Shown in pieces: positions 55,048 through 64,000 of a DNA stretch of 64,000 bases. Origin of the DNA: Syntrophobacter sp. (GTDB lineage: Bacteria; Desulfobacterota; Syntrophobacteria; Syntrophobacterales; Syntrophobacteraceae). Position 1 is the first letter of the stretch; every line of letters starts with the position of its first letter. Location: NCBI GenBank assembly GCA_039679945.1, contig JBDKTY010000067.1:2414-66413 (forward strand). Reading direction: 5' to 3'. The position numbers and the translations under genes were made by a program. The notes under the pieces are model-generated. The model saw only the letters and a program-made list of their open reading frames with translations, ran no database searches and was not told the DNA's origin.

Positions 55048-56058
55048 ATGAAAGAGGCAGTTCAAAATCTCCTCGACTCGGCTTCCCGCGAGGTGTCCGG
55101 ACTGGGAGAAGACCCGAAGGCCCTGGATCTTGCCAGGATACGCTTCCTGGGCAGAAAGGGCGAACTGGCGCAACTCTTCAAACAACTCGGGCAAACACCG
55201 GAGCAGGAACGCCGCGAAGCCGGCAGGCTGCTTAATGAAGCCAAATCCCGGCTCGAATCGATCTTTTCCGACGCGGCCGAGAGAATAGAAAAACAGGCAG
55301 CCGGCAGGCGCGAAGCTATCGATGTGACCGTTCCGGGAAGACTGCCTCCCGCGGGACGTTTGCACCCGATAACCCAGGTCGCCCTTGAAATCACCCGGAT
55401 CTTCAACTGGCTCGGGTTCGAGGCGGTCGAAGGTCCCGAGATCGAGCTGGACTACTACAATTTCGAAGCCCTCAATATCCCGCGGGACCACCCTGCCCGC
55501 GACATGCAGGACACCTTTTACATCTCCGAAGACGTCGTGTTGCGCACCCATACATCCCCTCTCCAGGTAAGGGTGATGGAGAAGCGCCGACCGCCGATCC
55601 GCATCATCGCCCCGGGCCGGACCTACCGTTGCGATTCCGATGTGACCCATACGCCCATGTTTCACCAGGTCGAGGGCCTGATGGTGGGAGAGGGAATTTC
55701 CTTCGGCGATTTGAAAGGCATTCTCACCACTTTTGTCCACCAGATGTTCGGGCCCAACGTCGGATTGCGTTTCCGGCCAAGCTTTTTCCCTTTCACCGAA
55801 CCGAGCGCCGAGGTGGACATCCAGTGCGTGATGTGCCATGGGCAGGGATGTCGTGTCTGCTCGCAAACGGGATGGCTGGAAATACTCGGGTCCGGAATGG
55901 TTGACCCCGCGGTATATAAATACGTGGACTACGACCCTGAAAAGGTGACGGGGTTTGCCTTCGGCATGGGGATCGAACGCATCGCCATGCTGAAGCTGGG
56001 AATTGACGACCTGCGTCTTTTTTATGAAAACGACCTCCGGTTCCTGAGCCAATTCTGA
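55048..56058 (+). CDS. pheS: Phenylalanine--tRNA ligase alpha subunit
   Basis: HPARDMQDTFY, RTHTSPLQVR, FRPSFFPFTEPSAEVD. Confidence 0.97.
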   Translation: MKEAVQNLLDSASREVSGLGEDPKALDLARIRFLGRKGELAQLFKQLGQTPEQERREAGRLLNEAKSRLESIFSDAAERIEKQAAGRREAIDVTVPGRLPPAGRLHPITQVALEITRIFNWLGFEAVEGPEIELDYYNFEALNIPRDHPARDMQDTFYISEDVVLRTHTSPLQVRVMEKRRPPIRIIAPGRTYRCDSDVTHTPMFHQVEGLMVGEGISFGDLKGILTTFVHQMFGPNVGLRFRPSFFPFTEPSAEVDIQCVMCHGQGCRVCSQTGWLEILGSGMVDPAVYKYVDYDPEKVTGFAFGMGIERIAMLKLGIDDLRLFYENDLRFLSQF

Positions 56059-56250
56059 CCCTGAAGAGCATCCGGGGATGCAAGCACATTTGAAACTGCC
56101 ATGATCGCCATTCCCGGGCCGGGGTGGCGTTTTGTGTACCATTGCGAAGCTGCATGCAGGATATTTGCTCGCGGTTATCGGGGAGTTTGACAGGTCTGGT
56201 TACAAAGAATCTCACAGCAACCGCACTTACGATATAGCCTTGGATTAAAC

Positions 56251-58656
56251 ATGCTTATTAGTCTCAAATGGCTCTCTGACTATGTAGAGTGCCACCTGCC
56301 GCCCCGGGAGCTGGCCGATGGCCTGACCATGACGGGTCTGGAGGCCGAGGGCCTCTGGCACCGCTACCCTCATCTGAAAGATGTCATCACGGTCCGGATA
56401 GAGTCGATCGCGCCTCATCCGAACGCCGACCGGTTGAGCATATGTTCCGTTTCCAGCGGGAACAGCGTCTACAGGGTGGTTTGCGGAGCGCCCAACGCTC
56501 GCGCGGGCGAAATCGTCCCCCTTGCGACGGACGGGGCCGAACTCCCTTCGGGTCAGGTCCGGAAGACTTCGATACGCGGCGAGGCATCCGACGGGATGCT
56601 GTGCTCCGAGAAAGAACTCGATCTCGGAGAGGACCGGAGCGGGATATGGCTGCTGCCACCCGACACGCCGGTCGGGGTGACGCTGGATAAGGCCCTCGGT
56701 ATAGAGGACGTGCTGCTGGAGATAGGCATTACTCCAAACCGCGGCGACTGCCTCTCCATGATAGGGGTCGCGCGCGAAACCGCTTCCCTGTGCGGGACCG
56801 CCGTAAAATATCCCGCGGTATCCCTCGAAGACACCGGGCCTCCCATAGAGACTCTGGCATCCGTCACAATCGATGACCCTGCCGGGTGCCCGCGCTACAC
56901 CGCCCGCCTGATTCGGGGCGTCAAAATCGGACCTTCGCCCGAATGGCTCAGGAGCCGGATTGAGGCAGTAGGCCTGCGTTCCATCAACAACATAGTGGAT
57001 GTGACCAACTTTGTGATGATGGAACTGGGGCAGCCGCTGCATGCCTTCGATTTCAACAGGGTCCGCGAGCACGGGATCGTCGTTCGAAAAGCATCGCCCG
57101 GCGAGAAGTTCACGACACTTGACGGCGTGGAGCGTGAATTGCCGGAAGGCACGGTCCTCATCTGCGACGGTGTCGGACCGGTGGCTATCGGCGGCATCAT
57201 GGGCGGGCTCAATTCCGAAATCTCACCCGACACCACGGACGTGTTGATTGAAAGCGCCTACTTTCAACCGCTTTCCATCCGCCGGAGCAGCAAGAAGCTT
57301 GGTCTCAAAACGGAGTCAAGCTACCGGTTCGAGCGTGGAATAGACCCCGAGGGTGTCCTTCGCGCCCTGGACCGCGCGGCTCGACTCATGCAAGAGGTGG
57401 GCGGAGGTGTCATCGCTTCGGGAAGAATAGACGCCTACCCCCAAAAGCTGGAGTTCCCGGTGCTGACCCTGAGGGTCGACGCCGCGAACCGTTTTCTTGG
57501 GACGAACCTCTCCCGCGCCGAAATGCAGCGAGTTCTCGAGAGCATCGAGATTCGCGTGGAACCGCTGGACACTAACAGCCTCAAGGTTCTGGTCCCGTCC
57601 TTTCGACCGGACATCACAAGGGAAGTGGACCTTTTCGAGGAGATCGCCCGCCTTTCCGGTTATGATGCTATTCCGGTCACGAGCCCCGCGGTTGTCGCGG
57701 AATCCGCGTCCGCCAATCCGCACCAGGCGGCAAGGCACGATATCAAGCGGCTCCTCGCCAGTGCGGGCTTCTTCGAGGTCATCAACTACTCTTTTATTTC
57801 CCTCGAATCTCTTAAGAAGCTCCGGTACGCGGAAGGTGACCCCAGGCTCAATCCCGTAAGGCTCAGGAATCCGCTCAGCGATGAGCAGGCTGTCATGCGC
57901 ACAAGCCTCATTCCGGGTCTTCTCATGAATGCCCGGTACAATTTCGATCGCCGGTCCGAGGACCTTCGGATTTTCGAGCTGAGCAAGGTATTTCTGCCCC
58001 GTGAAGGGGAACTGCTGGCGAACGAACCTCACCACATCGCCGGCGCGATGGCCGGCCGGCGGGTTTCGCAGCTTCTCCACGGCAAGGATGAGGAGATCGA
58101 CTACGCCGATGTCAAGGGTGTGGTGGAAAGCGTTCTCAACTTCCTGAGAATCAACGGCGCCAGGTTCAGAGCCGAGGCGATTCCTCCCTGGCTGGATCAA
58201 TATGCATCCGCTTCCATATTCGTTGGCGACGAGCGCGTTGGGGAACTGGGCGGAATACATCCCGAGGTAGCCGAAAGCTTCGATCTCAAGCGTGCCGTAT
58301 ACATTTTCCGGCTCAACTTCGAGCGGCTCTTTGCTCTGAAGGGTCCGGAACCTTTCTTCGCGAGCCTGCCGAAGTTTCCGGCGGTCGCCCGTGACATGGC
58401 CCTGGTTGCCGCCGAGAAGCTGCCGGTGGAAGAGCCGCTTGACTTCATAGCGAACTTGAAGGAGCCTTTGCTCGAAAGCGTGGCTATCTTTGATATATTC
58501 CGGAGCGAACAACTCGGAGCCGATAAAAAAAGTGTAGGATATCGACTCACATACCGTGCACCCGACCGAAGCCTCACTGACGAAGAAGTGAATGTTATTC
58601 ACGAAAAGCTCGTCAAAAGGATGGTCGATAGATTTGGGGTATCCCTGAGGCAGTAG
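56251..58656 (+). CDS. pheT: Phenylalanine--tRNA ligase beta subunit
   Basis: MLISLKWLSDYV..., tRNA-binding, B3/4, B5 and FDX-ACB domains in order. Confidence 0.97.
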   Translation: MLISLKWLSDYVECHLPPRELADGLTMTGLEAEGLWHRYPHLKDVITVRIESIAPHPNADRLSICSVSSGNSVYRVVCGAPNARAGEIVPLATDGAELPSGQVRKTSIRGEASDGMLCSEKELDLGEDRSGIWLLPPDTPVGVTLDKALGIEDVLLEIGITPNRGDCLSMIGVARETASLCGTAVKYPAVSLEDTGPPIETLASVTIDDPAGCPRYTARLIRGVKIGPSPEWLRSRIEAVGLRSINNIVDVTNFVMMELGQPLHAFDFNRVREHGIVVRKASPGEKFTTLDGVERELPEGTVLICDGVGPVAIGGIMGGLNSEISPDTTDVLIESAYFQPLSIRRSSKKLGLKTESSYRFERGIDPEGVLRALDRAARLMQEVGGGVIASGRIDAYPQKLEFPVLTLRVDAANRFLGTNLSRAEMQRVLESIEIRVEPLDTNSLKVLVPSFRPDITREVDLFEEIARLSGYDAIPVTSPAVVAESASANPHQAARHDIKRLLASAGFFEVINYSFISLESLKKLRYAEGDPRLNPVRLRNPLSDEQAVMRTSLIPGLLMNARYNFDRRSEDLRIFELSKVFLPREGELLANEPHHIAGAMAGRRVSQLLHGKDEEIDYADVKGVVESVLNFLRINGARFRAEAIPPWLDQYASASIFVGDERVGELGGIHPEVAESFDLKRAVYIFRLNFERLFALKGPEPFFASLPKFPAVARDMALVAAEKLPVEEPLDFIANLKEPLLESVAIFDIFRSEQLGADKKSVGYRLTYRAPDRSLTDEEVNVIHEKLVKRMVDRFGVSLRQ

Positions 58657-58666
58657 TGAGGTCGTC

Positions 58667-59050
58667 ATGGCAGAAAAAGAAGCTCAGCCGGGGAAAGACG
58701 CCGGCGCGGGAAGAAAGCCGCCCTGTGAAGTTACTTTTCATGTGGGGGACCAGCCGTTCACGGGTACATCCATTCATTTCAGCGAGCGCGGCATCCTGGT
58801 GATGTCCAAGACCCCCGCTCCCCTCAACGCCAAGCTCAAATTGATACTTCAGTTTCCGGGCTTCAAGAACGCGCTGGAGCTGAAAGGGGAAGTGGTTTGG
58901 AGCAACATCTACGGGGCCGGAGATTCGCTCTCGCCCAAGGGAATGGGCGTGAAGTTCATGAATGTCGAACGGGATATGGAACGGCTGCTGGCGGAGCTTG
59001 CCACGCAGTACGAGTGCGCGGGAAGCGTATACAGTTGCTATTACACCTGA
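58667..59050 (+). CDS. PilZ-like domain protein
   Basis: ...IHFSERGILV...KGEVVWSN...KGMGVKFMNV fits a PilZ beta-barrel pattern. The RxxxR motif is degenerate. Confidence 0.7.
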   Translation: MAEKEAQPGKDAGAGRKPPCEVTFHVGDQPFTGTSIHFSERGILVMSKTPAPLNAKLKLILQFPGFKNALELKGEVVWSNIYGAGDSLSPKGMGVKFMNVERDMERLLAELATQYECAGSVYSCYYT

Positions 59051-59196
59051 TCGGATCACGGGCGAGACGCCGGTGCAAGCATCCGCCCTTGACCCGAACC
59101 GCCCATGAAAGCCGCCGATGTAATTGCATTTCTTCCCGGGTCAGACAAAAGTTCGATCCGGGAAAATTGTTTATGGGGAGCCAGCTCACAGGCGCC

Positions 59197-59320
59197 TAAT
59201 ACGGAATTGCGTTCAAGATGAATCTTTCCCGAGAGTGACGGCGCCGATGAGAATTGGCTCCACCCTTCGATACCTCACGGCGAACGGGAGACGTATCATC
59301 TTGAACGCGAAATAGTATAA
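59197..59320 (+). repeat. Structured intergenic repeat, diverged copy 3a
   Basis: Shares ATACGGAATTGCGTTCAAGATGA, CACCCTTCGATACCTCACGGCGAACGGGAG and TCATCTTGAACGC with the other copies. The closing helix is a perfect 13 bp (59209-59221 / 59296-59308). Confidence 0.65.
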
Positions 59321-59437
59321 TACGAGGTTGCGTTCAGAGGTATCCGCCATAAAAGGTGGACATCCGGGTCAACACTCGCTCGTTCATGTTTCGATACCCC
59401 GTCGCGAACGGGAGTGTATCCTCTCGAACACAAATGA
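59318..59437 (+). repeat. Structured intergenic repeat, diverged copy 3b (tandem to 3a)
   Basis: ATACGAGGTTGCGTTCAGAGG ... TTTCGATACCCCGTCGCGAACGGGAG ... CCTCTCGAACAC. The closing helix is kept with a different sequence. Confidence 0.55.
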
Positions 59438-59583
59438 CTTTAAATGGTTCGCCACCGGGCATAAGACCACGTCATTCCGATCGGAGTCCTCGTATTCCCG
59501 GACGATAACTCCCCCCGTCCGCGCCGGGGTGCCGATAGGTGGAACGGGCCTGTGTGCGGTGGAACGTATAGAAGAGGATTCCA

Positions 59584-60129
59584 TTGAAGTTTGTTGAAAT
59601 AGCACTGATAGCCGTGGCACTGGGTTGTGACGCTTTCGCCGTCGGGATGGGTGTGGGAACGAAAGCCTGTCAACCGAGGCAGGTGTTCCGGCTCTCTTTC
59701 CACTTCGGCCTCTTTCAGTTTATTATGCCGCTTCTCGGCTGGTATGCCGGCCAGAATATGGTTGGGATTGCCAGCAGGTGGGCGCCATGGATAGCCTTCG
59801 TCCTGCTGTTTGGCATCGGCGCCAGGATGGCGGGGGAAAACCTGTTCCACAAGAAAGTCGAGAAGCCGGCCGCATGCGATCCGACCCGCGGCCTCAGCCT
59901 TGTGGTCCTGTCCCTGGCCACGAGCATCGATGCCCTGGGAGTAGGCTTCGGCATGGGCCTTCTCGGTACCGGGCTTCTATTCCCGGCATTATGGATAGGA
60001 ATAACAGCCGCTGCCATGACATGGGCCGCGATGAAGCTCGGCAATCGTCTTTCGCGGCGCTTCGGCAAGTGGATGGAACTTGCCGGAGGAATCATTCTGA
60101 TGGCCATTGCAGTCAAACTGGTTCTATAG
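59584..60129 (+). CDS. mntP: Manganese efflux pump MntP (DUF204 family)
   Basis: Two DUF204 halves with LGCDAFAVGMG and SIDALGVGFG. 181 aa with six TM segments. TTG start. Confidence 0.85.
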   Translation: MKFVEIALIAVALGCDAFAVGMGVGTKACQPRQVFRLSFHFGLFQFIMPLLGWYAGQNMVGIASRWAPWIAFVLLFGIGARMAGENLFHKKVEKPAACDPTRGLSLVVLSLATSIDALGVGFGMGLLGTGLLFPALWIGITAAAMTWAAMKLGNRLSRRFGKWMELAGGIILMAIAVKLVL

Positions 60130-60144
60130 GAACGGAATCCACTC

Positions 60145-63100
60145 ATGGCGATAAGACTTGAAACAGCACTCAAGGAACATCTCTTTGACCCCGAGGGAGC
60201 GAGCCTGTGCGGGAGAGTACGGGACTACTTCGGTTGGGAAATCGGTCAGGCGCGGGTTATAAACATCCTGACTCTTGACACACGGCTGTCCGAACAGGAA
60301 CTCGAAGCCGTACGCACCGAGATTTTCACAAACCCGGTGACCCAGATTTCCTCGTACGGCGGCATCGCACGGGACTTCGACTGGGCGATCTGGGTCGGGT
60401 ACAGGCCGGGCGTGCGCGATACGGCGGGAAGCGTTGCGATCGAAGCCATATCCAATTACCTGGACAGGCCCTGCTCGCCCGATGAGGCCGCCTATACTTC
60501 CCGGCTTTTTCTTCTGCGCGATGCCACGCTCACGCGCGCCCAGACTGAAACGATCGCCCGCGAACTGCTTGCCAACGACATCATACAGCAGTGGCGCATA
60601 TTCAGCCGGTCCGAATGGAACGAGAAGGAAGGAGTGGGACTGGTAATCCCGAAAGTGCTGCTCGCTCACACGCCTTCCGTTGCCCGGATCCCGATCGAAA
60701 GTGATGAAGAACTCGCAAAACTGAGCGATGAGAGAAACCTGGCGCTCAACAGAAGTGACATCCCGGTCATTAGAGAATACTTCCGCCGCGACGATGTACT
60801 TCGCCAGCGCGCGGAGGTGGGGCTTTCCGTCCCCACCGACGTCGAACTGGAAGCCATTTCCCAGGCCCGCAGCGATCACTGCAACCACAACACGTTTCGT
60901 GGGAAATTCCACTATCGCGACCTGGCGACCGGCGAAAGCCTTACCGTGGACAATCTTTTCAAGACGTGCATCCAGGCGCCCACGCTCGCGTTGCAGCAAG
61001 CCAAGGAATGGGTTGTCTCCGTCCTGTGGGACAATGCCGGGGTTGCGCGCTTCGACGGGGATTTCAACTACTCCGTTACCGGCGAAACTCACAACAGCCC
61101 ATCCAACATGGAAGCTTACGGCGGATCGCTCACGGGCATTGTCGGCATCTATCGGGATATCATGGGAACGGGTAAGGGTTCGCGCCTGGTTGCGGGGCTC
61201 TACGGCTTCTGCGTGGGTCCTCGGGATTACAGGGGACCTCTGCGGCCCCACCTGCATCCACGCCGGCTTCTGGACGGAATTGTGGAAGGCGTGAAGGATG
61301 GCGGGAACAAACACGGCGTTCCGACGCCCTTCGGAAATCTCTTCTTCCATCCCTCTTACCTGGGGAAATGCCTGGTATTCGTTGCATCCCTGGGAATCAT
61401 GCCGCGCGCGATCAATGGCCAGCCGGTTGACCTGAAACAGCCCGGAGATGGAGACCTCATCATCATGTGCGGCGGCCGGGTCGGGAAAGACGGTATCCAC
61501 GGAGTCACGGCGTCGAGCGAGAGCTATAGTGAAAGCACGCCCGCGGGGCATGTCCAGATCGGCGATCCCTACACACAGAAAAAGATGCATGATTTCCTGC
61601 TCGAGGCACGCGACGAGGAACTGATCACCTTCATTACCGACAACGGGGGCGGAGGGCTCTCCTCCTCCGTCGGCGAATCCGCCTCCATGGCAGGCGGTGC
61701 TTATGTCGAAGTGGATAAGGTCCCGCTGAAGTACGAGGGACTCGATGTCTGGGAGATCTGGGTATCGGAATCGCAAGAGCGCATGACGGTGGCGATCCGG
61801 CCGGAGAGTCTCGGAAGGTTCATGGAGCTTTCTCGCAGGCACGACGTGGAAAGCACGGTCATCGGGCACTACGAAAAAACAGGAAAGCTCCATCTCGTCT
61901 TCGATGGGAAGACCTGCGCGTATCTTGATCTCGAGTTCTTCTCGGAAGACTTTCCCCAGTGGGAGTTCAAGGCGGAGTGGACCCCGCCGCGAGCGCGGGG
62001 GCTGCTTGAACCGGTGCTCTCGGAACCTTCTGATTTGGGACGCGCTCTGCACGCGCTCCTGGCAAGTCCTAACCTGTGCAGCCGGGAATGGATACAGCGC
62101 CAGTACGATCACGAAGTCCAGGGCGGCAGCGCGGTCAAGTTCATGACGGGCCGGGACCGTGACGTCCCGAATGATGCCGCTGTCATTCGGCCGGTGCTTG
62201 ACAGAAATGGCGGGATTGCCCTCGCCCAGTCGTTGAATCCGACTTACTCGCAAATCGACGCCTACGAAATGGTGGCGGCAACCATTGACGAAGCTGTACG
62301 CCGTATCGTCTCGGTCGGTGGGAAGCTCGACGAAATCGGAGGAGTCGATAACTTTTGCTGGCCGAATATCCAGTACGACCCCGTTTCAAATCCCGACGGC
62401 GGGTACAAAGCCGCCCAACTGGTTCGGGCAAACTGGGCGCTCCGCGATATGTGCCTGAAGTACGGCATCCCGCTTCTTTCCGGAAAAGACAGCATGTATG
62501 TGGACGGACATCTCTCCGGCGCTTTCGGTGAGAGGCATAAGGTGAGCGGTCTGCCCACAATGCAGTTCACGGCGACGGGAATCGTTCCCGACGTTCGAAA
62601 ATCCCAGACCATGGAACTCAAGAGGGCCGGGGACCTCGTCTACATTGTGGGAACAACCCGCAATGAACTCGGCGGCTCCGCTTACTATGATCTTTTCGGC
62701 TACCTGGGACTGAATGTTCCAAAGACCGATCCCGAACAGCTCCTTGCGCTGTACGGGGCGGTCGAGCGCGCTATTTCGGCGGAACTCGTGGCGTCATGCC
62801 ACGGCATCTACAGGGGCGGCCTCGCGGTTCACGCCGCCATGGCAGCTTTTGGGGGGCATCTCGGGATGACCGTGGACCTTGCCCGGGCACCGGTTGACAG
62901 TAAAGAACCGGTGGCCATATCGTCCGGGCGGACGGTCACCCTCCGCGATGACCAGGTCCTTTTCAGCGAATCGAGCGGGCGATTCCTGGTAACCGTTCCC
63001 AAAGAGCGCCATGCCGAATTTGAAGAACTCTTCCAGGGTCTGACCTTGGGCAAGATTGGTCAAGTGACCGCTGATCCCGAATTGGTCATCGTCGGCAATT

Positions 63101-63168
63101 CAGGTGCCGAGCTGCTGCGGGAGAATATCTTTTCGTTAAGGAAATCCTGGCTGGGGAACCCCGGGTAG
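60145..63168 (+). CDS. purL: Phosphoribosylformylglycinamidine synthase, PurS-PurL fusion
   Basis: The N-terminal ~85 aa are PurS-like (ALKEHLFDPEGASL...IFTNPVTQ). PurL motifs DHCNHNTF, ETHNSPS and the duplicated AIR-synthase-like domains follow. Confidence 0.95.
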   Translation: MAIRLETALKEHLFDPEGASLCGRVRDYFGWEIGQARVINILTLDTRLSEQELEAVRTEIFTNPVTQISSYGGIARDFDWAIWVGYRPGVRDTAGSVAIEAISNYLDRPCSPDEAAYTSRLFLLRDATLTRAQTETIARELLANDIIQQWRIFSRSEWNEKEGVGLVIPKVLLAHTPSVARIPIESDEELAKLSDERNLALNRSDIPVIREYFRRDDVLRQRAEVGLSVPTDVELEAISQARSDHCNHNTFRGKFHYRDLATGESLTVDNLFKTCIQAPTLALQQAKEWVVSVLWDNAGVARFDGDFNYSVTGETHNSPSNMEAYGGSLTGIVGIYRDIMGTGKGSRLVAGLYGFCVGPRDYRGPLRPHLHPRRLLDGIVEGVKDGGNKHGVPTPFGNLFFHPSYLGKCLVFVASLGIMPRAINGQPVDLKQPGDGDLIIMCGGRVGKDGIHGVTASSESYSESTPAGHVQIGDPYTQKKMHDFLLEARDEELITFITDNGGGGLSSSVGESASMAGGAYVEVDKVPLKYEGLDVWEIWVSESQERMTVAIRPESLGRFMELSRRHDVESTVIGHYEKTGKLHLVFDGKTCAYLDLEFFSEDFPQWEFKAEWTPPRARGLLEPVLSEPSDLGRALHALLASPNLCSREWIQRQYDHEVQGGSAVKFMTGRDRDVPNDAAVIRPVLDRNGGIALAQSLNPTYSQIDAYEMVAATIDEAVRRIVSVGGKLDEIGGVDNFCWPNIQYDPVSNPDGGYKAAQLVRANWALRDMCLKYGIPLLSGKDSMYVDGHLSGAFGERHKVSGLPTMQFTATGIVPDVRKSQTMELKRAGDLVYIVGTTRNELGGSAYYDLFGYLGLNVPKTDPEQLLALYGAVERAISAELVASCHGIYRGGLAVHAAMAAFGGHLGMTVDLARAPVDSKEPVAISSGRTVTLRDDQVLFSESSGRFLVTVPKERHAEFEELFQGLTLGKIGQVTADPELVIVGNSGAELLRENIFSLRKSWLGNPG

Positions 63169-63308
63169 TCATCGCTGAATTTGGCCTCGGCGCTCATGGT
63201 TCAGCAGCAACCCCGATGAGGGGCTTGTTGCAGTTCCCTGTCGCCCGGCCGGTTCTATATCAGCACCAGGGTTGAACGGGCCGGTGTGCGCTGTTTTTCG
63301 ACATGCGC

Positions 63309-63340
63309 CTTGCCACGCGCATACAGGGGTTATTATGCTC
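63309..63340. repeat. 32-nt segment shared with 48814-48845
   Basis: CTTGCCACGCGCATACAGGGGTTATTATGCTC versus CTTGCCATGCGAATGCGGGGCTTATTATGCTC, 27/32 identical. Confidence 0.35.
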
Positions 63341-63433
63341 AGGGCGGACAGAGGGGTGAACGCCCTGGTCCCATCTGTCAGTTGTGAGCCGCCACAGTAT
63401 TGAGAACGAAGGTTTAGGAGGAGCAACCGAAGC

Positions 63434-63955
63434 ATGGAAAAGCCGTTGGTGGTAATCGTAATGGGGAGCGCATCGGATATTCCGGTAATGGAAAATGCTT
63501 TCCGTGTTCTCGAGAAATTCAAAGTACCCTTTGAGGCCCGGATTCTCTCCGCTCACCGAACACCCGATGAATCCGCAGTCTACTTCAAGGGGCTCGTTGA
63601 GCGCGGTGTAAAGGTCATTATAGCCGGCGCGGGCTGGGCGGCCCATCTGGCAGGCGCGGCCGCGGCTAATACGACCATCCCGGTGATAGGCGTTCCCATC
63701 GATTCTTCCCCGCTTAACGGCATGGATGCACTGTTCGCCACGGTACAGATGCCTCCGGGAATTCCCGTTGCCACCATGGCCGTGGGTAAAGGCGGAGCAT
63801 ATAACGCCGCGGTATTCGCCGTCCAGATCCTCTCCCTTATGGATACCGATCTCACAGCCCGCCTTGATGCCTTCAAGAAGAAGATGGCCGATGAAATCAT
63901 AAGTGAAAAGAACAAGGAACTGCAGGATTATCTCGCCGGCCGAAAGTCCGGTTAA
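63434..63955 (+). CDS. purE: N5-carboxyaminoimidazole ribonucleotide mutase
   Basis: [14 protein letters not shown]...ILSAHRTP...[27 protein letters not shown]. Confidence 0.95.
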   Translation: MEKPLVVIVMGSASDIPVMENAFRVLEKFKVPFEARILSAHRTPDESAVYFKGLVERGVKVIIAGAGWAAHLAGAAAANTTIPVIGVPIDSSPLNGMDALFATVQMPPGIPVATMAVGKGGAYNAAVFAVQILSLMDTDLTARLDAFKKKMADEIISEKNKELQDYLAGRKSG

Positions 63956-64000
63956 CCGGTGTCGCATTCCGTGAGTTCTTCGACGTTTAGAATGCCGTCA

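Noticed and set aside
59240-59255. Hammerhead-like CCGATGAGAA inside repeat copy 3a
   Set aside because: The CUGAUGA-like string is not conserved in the other copies, and I found no matching GAAA core or three-helix junction.
59438-59583. yybP-ykoY (Mn) riboswitch upstream of mntP
   Set aside because: This was expected from known mntP regulation, but I found neither the conserved GGGGAGTAG nor the TTGACATA/AGCAAGACC blocks. The region is instead occupied by the repeat element.

Overview
This 64 kb window looks like chromosome from a Gram-negative, moderately GC-rich bacterium with deltaproteobacterial (Desulfobacterota)-style gene content. All calls come from reading the sequence and the ORF track; no database search was run.

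Most of the window is conserved housekeeping:
- pyrG-kdsA-kdsC-lptC-lptA-lptB-rpoN-hpf-ptsN-rapZ-EIIA(Man)-rimI (19.8-30.2 kb).
- tRNA-Val, then thrS-infC-rpmI-rplT-pheS-pheT (51.2-58.7 kb).
- Purine and pyrimidine genes: pyrF, an AICARFT-only purH-like gene, a purS-purL fusion and purE.
- pgsA, rluD, mntP, a NitT/TauT-type ABC importer without a binding protein, a vapBC toxin-antitoxin pair and LPS-core genes (GT9 plus a P-loop kinase-like gene).

Three things seem worth a second look:
1. A duplicated regulatory cassette sits at the left end. It combines a periplasmic-sensor gene, a conserved upstream element and a near-identical sigma-54 -24/-12 promoter. The two copies drive two unrelated secreted proteins, one of them frameshifted. 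They lie next to a histidine kinase / NtrC-type activator pair.
2. A 1424-aa protein fuses an ~880-aa uncharacterised helical N-terminal region to a pyruvate-phosphate-dikinase-type ATP-grasp and phospho-histidine swivel domain. It has no PEP/pyruvate domain. An IS110-like transposase remnant lies just upstream.
3. A family of ~120-130 nt hairpin-rich intergenic repeats occurs in at least 7 full or partial copies. Two copies are 125/128 identical although 36 kb apart. The closing helix is preserved in diverged copies. A second REP-like hairpin family (3 copies) lies at 2.9-3.1 kb.

I found no CRISPR array, rRNA, prophage or recognisable defence island. None of the proposed novelties is proven.
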